A DNA stretch of 64,000 nucleotides from Macrostomum lignano (lineage: Eukaryota): NCBI GenBank assembly GCA_002269645.1, contig NIVC01001523.1, positions 62,001 to 126,000 of the forward strand, read 5' to 3'. Positions 16,001 to 42,849 of the stretch are shown here, in pieces. The first letter of the stretch is position 1; each line of letters begins with the position of its first letter. Position numbers and translations under genes: made by a program. A model generated the notes under the pieces. That model did not search any database. It was not told the DNA's origin and saw nothing but the letters and a program-made list of their open reading frames with translations.

Positions 16001-18644
16001 GAAGCATAATTCCTAAGTGTTTTGAGCGATAATAGCACCTCTAAGTATTCTATGTGTCGATGTCAGTCTTCTCTTGAAGTTTCTAAACAAGTTCAGTGGT
16101 TGCTTTATCAAGCTAGGACGGCAATATTAAATGATCGGAACTAGCCATGAATAGCTAGAACAACCATACCTCGCTGCATCAGCCTGTTGCTGCTTCTGCT
16201 GCTGATTCTTTGTAGCCGGTGGCTGCTTCTGCGGCTGCGTATGAAGATTCAACAACAGCATTGGCTGCGAGCCAGTCGTGTCGCCGCCACCGGCGCCATG
16301 GACTGTCGGTAGGCGAAATCGATGCTGATGCTTGGCAGATGTTGACGTTGAAGAAATGCGCCAATCTGGTAGGCTGAGATAAAAAGCGTCGCTGTTGCTT
16401 CGAGTGTTGGCCTCGGCGTCAGCGGTCGGCTGTAGCTCTACAAGATCAGCTGTGTCCGCTGTGTCATCCGGGTCGGGGTTCACAATGATGGTGGCCTCGA
16501 GCGGTCGGAGAAGTGCCCCGAAGACAACTCCGTTTAGTGCGATGCCTGTATCATCGGATAAGGAGAAAAACTTATGGTAGTAGCAAGCATTAAATGTTCG
16601 GCATAGTTAAACTTGATCTGAGGCTCCCGAAGTCCTGGCTTTCTGTGATTTGAGGCTCCTGAAGTGCTGTTACCTGTGACCTGAGGCTCCCAAAGTGCTG
16701 ACAACTGTGATCTGAGGCTCCCGATGTGCTAACTAGCTGTGATCTGAGGCTCCCGAAGTGCATTGTGTAAGTATAGCTTTATCAGTGATTTGAGGACTTA
16801 AAAGCACATGGTACAATTTATTTTGTATTAAGCGGCTCTTGAAGTGCCTGACTATCTATCTGAGATTTTTATCTCCCTAATACTTAATTATGGTATTAGC
16901 AAGCATTCAGTGTTCGGCTCTCTCAGTTTTCAACACGTTTTACAACCCCATGAGGCCCTGTGGCATAGTTTAACTTGATCTGAGGGTCTCAAAGAGCTGA
17001 CTGACTGTGATCTGAGGCTCCCGATGTGCTGGCTTTCTGTGATTTGAGGCTCCCGAATTGCTGACTAACTGTGATCTGAGGCTCCCGAAGTGCATTGTGT
17101 AAATAGTTTTATCAGTGATTCGAGGCCTTAGAATCACATGGTACAATTTAATTTGCAATATGGGGCTCCCGAAGTGCCTGACTATCTATCTGTGATTTGT
17201 ATCTACCTATACCTAAACTTGCCATAGCTCAACAAATGACCGTCTCACCTGCCACAATAAGTGTGGCGCCTCTCCAGGTGAAAGTGTCAATGAGGAATTC
17301 TGCCAGGTAGGCGAAGACAAAAGCTCCGACTCCCGAGCCGCACACCGCAATGCCGGTTGCCAAGGCGCGGCGCTTGTCAAAATACTGGCCTACCATGACC
17401 AGAGCCGGCAGGTACATCATGCCGAAGCCAAATCCTGCAGCGAGTGTTTCGAAAGCAAGTCCGAGAGTTCATTTGAGGTCAGTGTGCAAATATCAAATCT
17501 GAATACAAATCAAATCATAATCGTCATAATATTTCAATTATAATCCCCAATGACCCAGCTGAGTCTCACCGCCCAGAAAACCGTAGGTGAGGATCAGCAG
17601 AGACACCGAGTTGGCCACCACAGCGCACACGCAGGCGCCGCAGGCGAGCAGGCCACCGAACATGGACACTTTGCGGCAGCCGAATCTGTCGCAGAGGAAA
17701 CTCACGAATGGGCCTGTCGAGGCGGATGTATGACAAAGATGTTGGTGTCTCGAGTATCCAGATGCAGTTCAGGGTATTCAAGCTGCTGGAACAAACTATT
17801 CAGGTATCCAGGGTAATTATCCAGGTATCCAGGGTAATTATTCAGGTATCTCTCGTAATTATTTAGGTATCCCGAGTAATTATTCAGGTATCATGGGTAA
17901 TTATTCAGGTATCCAGGGTAATTATTCAGGTATCGAGGGTAATTATTCAGTTATCGAGGGTAATTTTTCAGGTATCCAGGGTTTAATTATTCGTGCATCT
18001 AGAGTAGCTATCCAGGCATCCAGGGTTTAATTATTTATGCATCTAGAGTAGCTATCCAGGTATCCAGGGTAATTATTCAGGTATCCAGGGTAATCATTCA
18101 GGTATCCAGGGTAAAGTTTCAGGTATCCACGGTAATTATTCAGGTATCTAGGGTAATTATTCAGGTATCCAGGGTAATTATTCAGGTATCCAGGGTAATT
18201 ATCCAGGTATCCAGGGTAATTAATTATTCAGGTATTCAGGATAATTATTTAGATATCTTGGGTAATTATTCAGGTATCTAGGGTAATTATCCAGGTATCC
18301 ATTATTTAGGTATATAGCGTAATTTTTCGGGTATCCAAGGTAATTATTCAGGTATCCACGGTACTATTCAAGTGCCAAGATACTATTCAGACACTACACA
18401 GGTACAGCTAATAAAAGTACATCCACTGACCAATAAACATGTACATCCCATTGTACACGCTACCAATCCAAGCCGTCTTAGCCTTGGACTCTTGAAAGTA
18501 CTCCAAGAACTCGTTGTAGAACAGGCCAAATGAAAAGCTGATGCCGTCAAGAATGACGCCAACCATGAAGGCTGAAAATGTCACCACCCAGCCGTAGCCG
18601 CCATCGAGTGGGATTCGAACCACGGCCTCACCTGTAGACTGCAT
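12062..18644 (-). CDS. Monocarboxylate transporter family (SLC16/MCT, MFS) protein, 8 exons
   Basis: Exons (minus strand): 18644-18431 ([10 protein letters not shown]), 17713-17570 ([16 protein letters not shown]), 17434-17249 ([18 protein letters not shown]...WRGA), 16545-16170 ([15 protein letters not shown] plus loop), about 15577-15238 (5' boundary uncertain), 15115-14846 ([10 protein letters not shown]...[11 protein letters not shown]), 13695-13570 and 12222-12062 (GFLADITG...FYFAG...*). MCT-signature motifs, GT-AG boundaries. The start Met and the exon 4/5 junction are uncertain. Confidence 0.92.
12350..13380. repeat. Second array of the CTCTCCCTACT family (MCT last intron)
   Basis: Visible; same core as 7180-11690. 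Confidence 0.95.
13900..14660. repeat. 27-bp minisatellite AGACCAGGAAAAGAACGGAGGAAACAA
   Basis: Period 27 measured (13921, 13948, 13975). Confidence 0.95.
15620..15960. repeat. 67-bp tandem repeat, about 5 copies
   Basis: GAGTGCTC recurs at 15684, 15751, 15818, 15885 and 15952. Confidence 0.9.
16585..17200. repeat. Imperfect tandem duplication of about 320 bp, built of TGATCTGAGGCTCCCGA subunits
   Basis: AGCAAGCATT..TGTTCGGC near 16585 and 16899; CCTGACTATCTATCTG near 16848 and 17177. Confidence 0.8.
17790..18390. repeat. 21-bp minisatellite TAATTATTCAGGTATCCAGGG
   Basis: Period 21 at 18121, 18142 and 18163. Confidence 0.9.
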
Positions 18645-19009
18645 CTTTTGACTTACTTCAGTGCAGGATGAAGGAGAACTTTTTGAACAATTGTTAGTTC
18701 CAATTAATAATCTAAACTGACATGCAAACCACGGTCTGCATTGTAAAATAATAAAACACCTTTATCTGGAGTGTCAGGTGTCAAATTTACCGAATTCTTA
18801 TATTGCAATTGCCTTTATAGAAGCAACAGACTGAGGGGTGCAAAGGTTCCTGATAACAGTGAATGACTTGTGAGCAGCAAGTTTAGTGTTGAGTACCGCA
18901 CCGTTGCTCTTATCGGAATTAAACAATCAGGCTGCTTTGATCTTGCTTTACATTGTCCTAGTCAATTGTGACTCCGAGTTCACCGGAAAATGACATTATT
19001 CTGTATGTG

Positions 19010-21600
19010 GACACTAGAACAGACACTAGGACAGACACTAGGACAGACACTGGGACAGACACTGGGACAGACACTGGGACAGACACTGGGACAGACACTG
19101 GGACAGACACTGGGACAAACACTAAGACAGACACAGGGACAGACAGTAGGACAGACAGTAGGACAGACACTGGGACAGACACTGGGACAGACACCATGTT
19201 AACTAGATTTACTAGATTAACTAGATTAACACCATGTTAACTAGACAGACACTAGGACAGACACTGGGACAGACACTGGGACAGACACTGGGACAGACAC
19301 TAGGACAGACACTGGGACAGACACTGGGACAGACACTGGGACAGACACTAGGACAGACACTGGGACAGACACTGGGACAGACACTGGGACAGACAGTAGG
19401 ACAGACACTGGGACAGACACTGGGACAGACAGTAGGACAGACACTGGGACAGACACTGGGACAGACACTGGGACAGACACTGGGACAGACAGTAGGACAG
19501 ACAATAGGACAGACACTGGGACAGACACTGGGACAGACAGTAGGACAGACAGTAGGACAGACACTGGGACAGACAGTAGGACAGACAATAGGACAGACAC
19601 TGGGACAGACACTAGGACAGACAATAGGACAGACACTGGGACAGACACTGGGACAGACACTGGGACAGACAGTAGGACAGACACTGGGACAGACACTGGG
19701 ACAGACACTGGACAGACAGTAGGACAGACAATAGGACAGACACTGGGACAGACACTGGGACAGACAGTAGGACAGACAGTAGGACAGACACTGGGACAGA
19801 CAGTAGGACAGACAATAGGACAGACACTGGGACAGACACTAGGACAGACAATAGGACAGACACTGGGACAGACAGTAGGACAGACAGTAGGACAGACACT
19901 GGGACAGACAATAGGACAGACAATAGGACAGACACTGGGACAGACAATAGGACAGACAGTAGGACAGACACTGGGACAGACAGTAGGACAGACACTGGGA
20001 CAGACAGTAGGACAGACACTGGGACAGACACTGGGACAGACAGTAGGACAGACACTGGGACAGACACTGGGACAGACACTGGGACAGACACTGGGACAGA
20101 CACTGGGACAGACAGTAGGACAGACAATAGGACAGACACTGGGACAGACACTGGGACAGACAGTAGGACAGACAGTAGGACAGACACTGGGACAGACAGT
20201 AGGACAGACAATAGGACAGACACTGGGACAGACACTAGGACAGACAATAGGACAGACACTGGGACAGACACTGGGACAGACACTGGGACAGACAGTAGGA
20301 CAGACACTGGGACAGACACTGGGACAGACACTGGGACAGACAGTAGGACAGACAATAGGACAGACACTGGGACAGACACTGGGACAGACAGTAGGACAGA
20401 CAGTAGGACAGACACTGGGACAGACAGTAGGACAGACAATAGGACAGACACTGGGACAGACACTAGGACAGACAATAGGACAGACACTGGGACAGACAGT
20501 AGGACAGACAGTAGGACAGACACTGGGACAGACAATAGGACAGACAATAGGACAGACACTGGGACAGACAATAGGACAGACAGTAGGACAGACACTGGGA
20601 CAGACAGTAGGACAGACACTGGGACAGACACTAGGACAGACACTGGGACAGACACTGGGACAGACACTGGGACAGACACTGGGACAGACACTAGGACAGA
20701 CACTGGGACAGACACTAGGACAGACACTGGGACAGAGAATGGGACAGACAGTAGGACAGACACTGGGACAGACACTGGGACAGACACTAGGACAGACACA
20801 GGGACAGACACTGGGACAGACAGTAGGACAGACACTAGGACAGACACTAGGACAGACACTGGGACAGACACTGGGACAGACACTAGGACAGACACTGGGA
20901 CAGACACTGGGACAGACACTGGGACAGATACTAGGACAGACACTAGGACAGACACTGGGACAGACACTGGGACAGACACAGGGACAGACACTAGGACAGA
21001 CACAGGGACAGACACTGGGACAGACAATAGGACAGACACTGGGACAGACACTAGGACAGACACTAGGACAGACACTGGGACAGACACTGGGACAGACACT
21101 AGGACAGACACAGGGACAGACACTGGGACAGACAGTAGGACAGACACTGGGACAGACACTAGGACAGACACTAGGACAGACACTGGGACAGACACTGGGA
21201 CAGACACTAGGACAGACACTAGGACAGACACTGGGACAGACACAGGGACAGACACTAGGACAGACACTAGGACAGACACTGGGACAGACACTAGGACAGA
21301 CACTAGGACAGACACTGGGACAGACACTGGGACAGATACTAGGACAGACACTAGGACAGACACTGGGACAGACACTGGGACAGACACTAGGACAGACACT
21401 AGGACAGACACTAGGACAGACACTGGGACAGACACTAGGACAGACACTAGGACAGACACAGGGACAGACACTGGGACAGACACTAGGACAGACACAGGGA
21501 CAGACACTGGGACAGACACTAGGACAGACACTGGGACAGACACTAGGACAGACACTAGGACAGACACTGGGACAGACACTGGGACAGACACTAGCACAGA
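19010..21600 (+). repeat. 12-bp minisatellite GACAGACACTGG and variants
   Basis: Visible; produces the GQTL and SVPV ORF artefacts. Confidence 0.97.
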
Positions 21601-22139
21601 CACCATGTTAACTAGATTAGCAATCCATTCGATTCCTTCAGCAATATCCTGAACAGATTAGCGATCATAATCATGAACTGTGAGAGGCTGGTCATATCAA
21701 ATTTCCTTTCTAAACTGATAAAACCGAAAGCATTTCGCAGCTGAGCTGAGATTGCCAACACTCGCCACAACTTGCTGGTGGCTCCCGGAACAGAGATTTG
21801 CATTGTAAAAGTGCTTTTCCTCTCCTCTCCTGAAAGCGACTATCTGTTTGTCGAATTCACTCGCTGTCGACAGCTTCAGAGCTTTGCCTGTTACCCCCCT
21901 CCCTGCTCCAGCAGATCAGCCGTAGAGGCTCGCGCGGACGCACCGTCACGCAATTCAAACAGTTTTTTCCCCTAGAGGGGGAGAAAAAGGCTTGGCTTGG
22001 CCCGCGTGTCCTTGGGGTTGGCTGCGTGCTTCGCCAGCACCAAGTTTTTGCCGGCGCCTCGATCCCGCGGTTTGCGAAACGCAAGGAGAACGCGGAACCA
22101 GAAGCTGGATAAACTAATGGCTCTTCACAGAGTGGCGAC

Positions 22140-22475
22140 TTCACACCTAAACTTAACAAGACCTAAACTTTACAAGACCCAAACTTTATGAGACCTAAAC
22201 TTCCCAAGACCTAAACATCACAAGACCTAAACTTCACAAGACCTAAACTTCACAAGACCTAAACACTTCACAAGACCTAAACTTCACAAGACCTAAACTT
22301 AACAAGACCTAAACTTCACAAGACCCAAACTTTATGAGACCTAAACTTCACAAGACCTAAACATCACAAGACCTAAACTTCACAAGACCTAAACTTCACA
22401 AGACCTAAACACTTCACAAGACCTAAACTTCACAAGACCTAAACTTCACAAGTCCTAAACTTCACAAGACCTAAT
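22140..22475. repeat. 16-bp minisatellite CACAAGACCTAAACTT
   Basis: Visible tandem units. Confidence 0.9.
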
Positions 22476-22759
22476 AGTTAATGCAAGTTAAGATTTTCAT
22501 CGACATTATCAATGCTCAAAACAGGTGAAGTTTAGGCTCTTGTAAATTCTTAGAAATGCACTATAAGCTTATAAATTTTATGAAAATGTTAAGGCATTTG
22601 GGGGAAGGCCCTTGACTCCAAGTTGTAGTAATGGGTCTCTTTGGCCGTGGTCTCGCCGCGTGTTTTACTTTTACTATCAGGAAAATTAATTTTAACGCCA
22701 GGGTTAGGAGACAGAACTCCAGCTGGCTGCAAAGCGCGCTGTTTGAAACCAACTGCTCT

Positions 22760-23470
22760 CTTGTTGTCACTCTCTGTTGTCACTCTCCTACGAGTATTCT
22801 CACTCTCTTATGGTCACTCTCTGTCGTCACTCTCTGTTGTCACTCTGTTTTCAATCTCTGGTGTCACTCTCTCTTGTCACTCTCTGTTGTTACTCTCTGT
22901 TGTCACTCTCTGTTGTCACTCTCTTATGGTCACTCTCTGTTGTCACTCTCTGTTGTCACTCTCTGTTTTCAATCTCCGGTGTCACTCTCTATTGTCACTC
23001 TCTGTTGTCACTCTCTGTTTTTAATCTCCGGTGTCACTCTCTATTGTCACTCTCTGTTGTTACTCTCTGTTGTCACTCTCTGTTGTCACTCTCCTATTGT
23101 CACTCTCTGTCGTCACTCTCTGTTGTTACTCTCCGTTGTCACTCTCTTATAGTCCCAGTTTAGTATCACTCTTGTCACTCTCCTATTGTCACTCTCTGTC
23201 GTCACTCTCTGTTGTTACTCTCCGTTGTCACTCTCTTATAGTCCCAGTTTAGTATCACTCTTGTCACTCTCCTATTTTCACTCACAGTTATCACTCTCCT
23301 ATTGTCACTCTCTTATTGTCACTCTCTTGTTGTCACTCCCCTATTGTCACTCTCTTTTGTCACTCTCTTGTCGTCAGTCTCGTATTTTCAGTCTCGTATT
23401 TTCACTCTCCTATTGTCACTCTTCTATTTTCACTCTCTTATTGTCACTCTCTGTTGTCACTCTCCTATTT
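22760..23470. repeat. 13-bp minisatellite GTCACTCTCTGTT
   Basis: Visible tandem units. Confidence 0.9.
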
Positions 23471-24059
23471 GTCACTTCTCATTGTTCATCGTCATTTTAT
23501 CTGTCACACATGCAGTTCACATACAGTTCTGTATATTTAAATCCTACACATTGTCACACTACACTGTCATTCTATTGTCAAAAAGTTCAAATGTTCACTC
23601 TTCATTGGCACTAGCTCCAGTATCCATTAAGAACACTAAATACATGTATAAGAAAAAGTTTGAAGAAATCCTAGTGTGCAGCAGCTATTAGCAATAATTT
23701 TCCCACTTGCCCATAACTGGAGTGGCGCCACTCCAACCCCCCCCCTTTTGGTCCAGTTTCATATTTTTCTCTGCTCTCATCAAATTTCAATAGCTTGGCC
23801 AAATATCGCAGCAGCCAGGATCGACCGAGTTGACATCGGCTCCGTCCCGGTGATTAATCAAATCCTGTGCCCAGAGAGGCGACTCAGCGCCGCCACGCCG
23901 GCGAACTGCGCTGTGTGTGGTTTCCTGATATTGGCCTTTTAACAATGAACTGCTCCCGAGACCGGAGACTCTCAGGAAATACTGTGAGGTCCTGAGTCAT
24001 TTGTCTTTTACTCTCTACTGGATCCCATTGCTCACATCCTGTGCCACCGCCCCCTCATC

Positions 24060-24875
<816 letters not shown>

Positions 24876-25144
24876 ACAGATGCCTTTCATTTTTTCTTTG
24901 TTTGGTAATTACCGGAAAGGCAGCAGGCGCTGCATCAGGGAAAGTCTGTAAAGAATTCTTAAAAGCCAAAAATCAGATCAGATCCAACTTATTCAGTGCG
25001 TCTGCTTTTAGAAAATTGGAAAATTCAAAGGTAGAAGTCAATTGCGTAGAAAGGATAGGAACTGTTTACAACTCATCAACCACAAGGACTTCTATAGGGA
25101 TGGGATGCCCGAGTATTTATGGATTATATATGGATAGCATTTTC

Positions 25145-25425
25145 AGACAGACAGACAGACAAACAGTCACTAAGACAGGCAAACAGAATGGCAGACAGAC
25201 AGGCAAACAGAATGGCAGACAGACAGGCAAACGAATGACAGACAGACAGGCAAACGGAATGGCAGACAGACAGGCAAACAGAATGGGAGACAGACAGGCA
25301 AACAGAATGGCAGACAGACAGGCAAACAGAATGGCAGACAGACAGGCAAACAGAATGGCAGACAGACAGGCAAGCAGAATGGCAGACAGATATGCAAACA
25401 GAATGACAGACAGACAGGCAAACTA
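25145..25425. repeat. 24-bp minisatellite GCAGACAGACAGGCAAACAGAATG
   Basis: Visible. Confidence 0.9.
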
Positions 25426-25829
25426 AATGGCAGGCAATCAGAAAACAGTGCCAGATGCCCGGGCGGCTATCAGCTTTCAAAGGGTCAGTGCGGTTCGCTG
25501 CCAAAAAGGCGGACTTATAGCGTCGGGCCCGGAGCAGTCTTTATCTTAGCGTGAAATACGAGCCCTTTGCGGGCTCTGCACGGGGCATTTCGCGCATTCC
25601 CAATGCATGGAATATTAAAGAAGGCCAAGCAGTGCCTGCAACCCGAAGGGGAGGATGCGGTGTCGGGGATTAACGGCGGCAGGAAGGGGAATATTGCCCG
25701 ACAAAAATGCACATATTTTTAACCCCCAAACTGCGTACTGCACTGTATAAGCATACTCGCAGAGGGCCTTAGCGCTGAGCAGATCTATTCAGTGGAATGT
25801 CTGATGTACTAGTAAGTGTTTCTGGGTCC

Positions 25830-26155
25830 CTCTCGCTGCACCCTCCATCCCGCCTCTCTACCCTCTCGCTGCACCCTCCATCCCGCCTCTCTACCCTCTC
25901 GCTGCACCCTCCATCCCGCCTCTCTACCCTCTCGCTGCACCCTCCATCCTGCCTCTCTACCCTCTCGCTGCACCCTCCATCCCGCCTCTCTACCCTCTCG
26001 CTGCACCCTCCATCCCGCCTCTCTACCCTCTCGCTGCACCCTCCATCCCGCCTCTCTACCCTCTCGCTGCACCCTCCATCCCGCCTCTCTACCCTCTCGC
26101 TGCACCCTCCATCCTGCCTCTCTACCCTCTCGCTGCACCCTCCATCCCGCCTCTC
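25830..26155. repeat. 33-bp minisatellite CCCTCTCGCTGCACCCTCCATCCCGCCTCTCTA
   Basis: Visible, about 10 copies. Confidence 0.93.
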
Positions 26156-27019
26156 AGACACTGGGACAGACAGTAGGAAATTCACTAGGACACTGGGACA
26201 GACACTGGGACAGACACCAGGACACTAGGAAAACCACTGGGACACTGGATCAGACACCGGGACAGACACTGGGACACTGGGAAAGACACCAGGACACTGG
26301 GAAAGACACCAGGACACTGGGACAGACGGTGTCAGAACGGGCCATTCAAGCTAATCCATCTCCTACGCCTGAAAGCAATCGATTTGGAATTATGTTCCTA
26401 TCAGCCAATCAAAAGCCTTCAGCTGGCACATGGCAGTTTCCAGAAAATATTAAATTGTCCAGGATTTTGGCCCCCTGTTCCGCAGCTCATCGAACCAGCT
26501 TCAGTCGGCCGTCTGTGACCAGCAATTCTTAAATAAAAGCAAATTTTCGATTAGGAAGAAAATCGTCTTTGACTTACCTCGAAAATATCGATAATTAACA
26601 GGCAAGCAAATTCTTAATTACCATTGAGTGTCAAAATGAGTACTTATTAACACTTGGGTCATCTGCTTTTTTATAGTTCCACTCGACCCCATAGGCCAAC
26701 TTATGCAAATTTAATATGGTACCTATAACTGTACAGTGAGAATTGAGCATGCGAATGTACATGCGAGCATTCATACTTATCGTGCTGGATGATTTCAGCT
26801 GTACACATTAAACTAATTGCATTGACGTAGTAAGCTATGCTCTTTTTGTGAAAATCTAAACAAAAGAGGCTTGCTAAAACAATTACTATGCTTGTGAATA
26901 ATTGTACTTTTTATGTCTGTCTGTCCTAAGTTTTCTGGCTGACTGTCGCACTGTTTATATAATTACTTAGCACTAAACATCCATAATATCAGTTGCCCGT
27001 CTCAGTAGCTCCCCTATTA

Positions 27020-29520
27020 TTTCTTACTGCCTGTCCCAGTGTCTGTCTCAGTGTCTGTCCCAGTGTCTGACCCAGTGTCTGTCCCAGTGTCTGTCCCAGT
27101 GTCTGTCCCAGTGTCTGTCCCAGTGTCTGTCCCTGTGTCTGTCCCAGTGCCTGTCCCAGTGTCTGTCTCAGTGTCTGTCCCGGTGTCTGACCCAGTGTCT
27201 GTCCCATTGTCTGTCCCAGTGTCTGTCTCAGTGTCTGTCCCAGTGTCTGTCTCAGTGTCTGTCTCAGTGTCTGTCCTAGTGTCTGTCTCAGTGTCTGTCT
27301 CAGTGTCTGTCCCAGTGTCTGTCTCAGTGTCTGTCTCAGTGTCTGTCCTAGTGTCTGACCTAGTGTCTGACCCAGTGTCTGACCCAGTGTCTGACACAGT
27401 GTCTGTCCCAGTGTCTGTCTCAGTGTCTGTCTCAGTGTCTGTCCTAGTGTCTGACCTAGTGTCTGACCCAGTGTCTGACCCAGTGTCTGACACAGTGTCT
27501 GTCCCAGTGTCTGTCTCAGTGTCTGTCTCAGTGTCTGTCCTAGTGTCTGACCCAGTGTCTGACCCAGTGTCTGTCCCAGTGTCTGTCTCAGTGTCTGTCC
27601 CAGTGTCTGACCCAGTGTCTGTCCCAGTGTCTGTCCCAGTGTCTGTCTCAGTGTCTGTCTCAGTGTCTGTCCTAGTGTCTGACCTAGTGTCTGACCCAGT
27701 GTCTGACCCAGTGTCTGACACAGTGTCTGTCCCAGTGTCTGTCTCAGTGTCTGTCCCAGTGTCTGTCTCAGTGTCTGTCTCAGTGTCTGTCCTAGTGTCT
27801 GACCTAGTGTCTGACCCAGTGTCTGACCCAGTGTCTGACACAGTGTCTGTCCCAGTGTCTGTCTCAGTGTCTGTCTCAGTGTCTGTCCTAGTGTCTGACC
27901 CAGTGTCTGACCCAGTGTCTGTCCCAGTGTCTGTCTCAGTGTCTGTCCCAGTGTCTGACCCAGTGTCTGTCCCAGTGTCTATCCCAGTGTCTGTCTCAGT
28001 GTCTGTCTCAGTGTCTGTCCCAGTGTCTGTCCCAGTGTCTGTCCCTGTGTCTGTCCCAGTGCCTGTCCCAGTGTCTGTCTCAGTGTCTGTCCCGGTGTCT
28101 GACCCAGTGTCTGTCCCATTGTCTGTCCCAGTGTCTGTCTCAGTGTCTGTCCCAGTGTCTGTCTCAGTGTCTGTCTCAGTGTCTGTCCTAGTGTCTGTCC
28201 CAGTGTCTGTCTCAGTGTCTGTCTCAGTGTCTGTCTCAGTGTCTGTCTCAGTGTATGTCCTAGTGTCTGACCTAGTGTCTGACCCAGTGTCTGACCCAGT
28301 GTCTGACACAGTGTCTGTCCCAGTGTCTGTCTCAGTGTCTGTCTCAGTGTCTGTCCTAGTGTCTGACCTAGTGTCTGACCCAGTGTCTGACCCAGTGTCT
28401 GACACAGTGTCTGTCCCAGTGTCTGTCTCAGTGTCTGTCTCAGTGTCTGTCCTAGTGTCTGACCCAGTGTCTGACCCAGTGTCTGTCCCAGTGTCTGTCT
28501 CAGTGTCTGTCCCAGTGTCTGACCCAGTGTCTGTCCCAGTGTCTGTCCCAGTGTCTGTCTCAGTGTCTGTCTCAGTGTCTGTCCTAGTGTCTGACCTAGT
28601 GTCTGACCCAGTGTCTGACCCAGTGTCTGACACAGTGTCTGTCCCAGTGTCTGTCTCAGTGTCTGTCCCAGTGTCTGTCTCAGTGTCTGTCTCAGTGTCT
28701 GTCCTAGTGTCTGACCTAGTGTCTGACCCAGTGTCTGACCCAGTGTCTGACACAGTGTCTGTCCCAGTGTCTGTCTCAGTGTCTGTCTCAGTGTCTGTCC
28801 TAGTGTCTGACCCAGTGTCTGACCCAGTGTCTGTCCCAGTGTCTGTCTCAGTGTCTGTCCCAGTGTCTGACCCAGTGTCTGTCCCAGTGTCTATCCCAGT
28901 GTCTGTCTCAGTGTCTGTCTCAGTGTCTGTCCTAGTGTCTGACCTAGTGTCTGACCCAGTGTCTGACCCAGTGTCTGACACAGTGTCTGTCCCAGTGTCT
29001 GTCTCAGTGTCTGTCCCAGTGTCTGTCCCAGTGTCTGTCCCAGTGTTTGTCCCTGTGTCTGTCCCAGTGTCTGTCCCAGTGTCTGTCCCAGTGTCTGTCC
29101 CAGTGTCTGTCTCAGTGTCTGCCCCAGTGTCTGTCCCAGTGTCTGACCCAGTGTCTGTCCCAGCTAGTGTCTGTCCTAGTGTCTGTCCCAGTGTCTGTCC
29201 CAGTGTCTGTCCCAGTGTCCGTCCCAGTGTCTGTCCCAGTGTCTGTCTCAGTGTCTGCCCCAGTGTCTGTCCTAGTGTCTGTCCCAGTGTCTGTCCCAGC
29301 TAGTGTCTGGCTTAGTGTCTGTCTTAGTGTCTGTCCCAGTGTCTGTCCTAGTGTCTGTCCCAGTGTCTGTCCCAGTGTCTGTCCCAGTGTCTGTCCCAGT
29401 GTCTGTCCCAGTGTCTGTCCCAGTGTCTGTCCCAGTGTCTGTCCCTGTGTCTGTCCCAGTGTCTATCCAAGAGTCTGTCCTACTGTCTGTCCCTGTGTCT
29501 GTCTCAGTTAGTGTCTGTCT
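27020..29520 (-). repeat. 12-bp minisatellite CCAGTGTCTGTC (reverse complement of the 19010-21600 unit)
   Basis: Visible; contains a 912-bp higher-order duplication. Confidence 0.97.
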
Positions 29521-29876
29521 TATTCTCACTGTGCGCCTTAATACATATAAGCAAGACACCTCCTCATGAGCTGAGAACTCTCCTGTCCCAACGGAGTACA
29601 ATATTCATACGGCATCAAATTTATTTGTTAAATCCACCAGAGAAAGCTGCCACGGGACTGGCACACGGTTGCCTGTCTTCTGAATGAGTATTTCAAACCT
29701 AATGACATACAATAGCAGTCATAATCTCGCCGAGTTGTGTAAGCCCATTTCCATCAGCAGGTGCTGATTAAAGCAAGCAAATATTCTATTTGACAATATC
29801 CACTCCATGCCAATATTCAAAGCATTGTAGATACTGCATGGACTATCAATAAATCGGTCCTTGACGCTTTCAGGTC

Positions 29877-42710
<12,834 letters not shown>

Positions 42711-42849
42711 GGCCTTTTCGAGCAGAGCTTTCGCGAGTTCGAATAGCGATTGAGGGTTCGAAAATTTGTGGTTGGGAGATGATTGACATGTGTGGCAGTT
42801 GGTGTGGACACCGGTTCAATTTTGCAATGAGTACCTACAGTCAAGGGAA

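Noticed and set aside
19612-21606. 664-aa and 290-aa ORFs (SVPV and GQTL repeats)
   Set aside because: Stop-free translations of a 12-bp satellite.
27017-29303. 654-aa and 754-aa ORFs (DTGT and SVSV repeats)
   Set aside because: Same 12-bp satellite in reverse orientation; no coding context.
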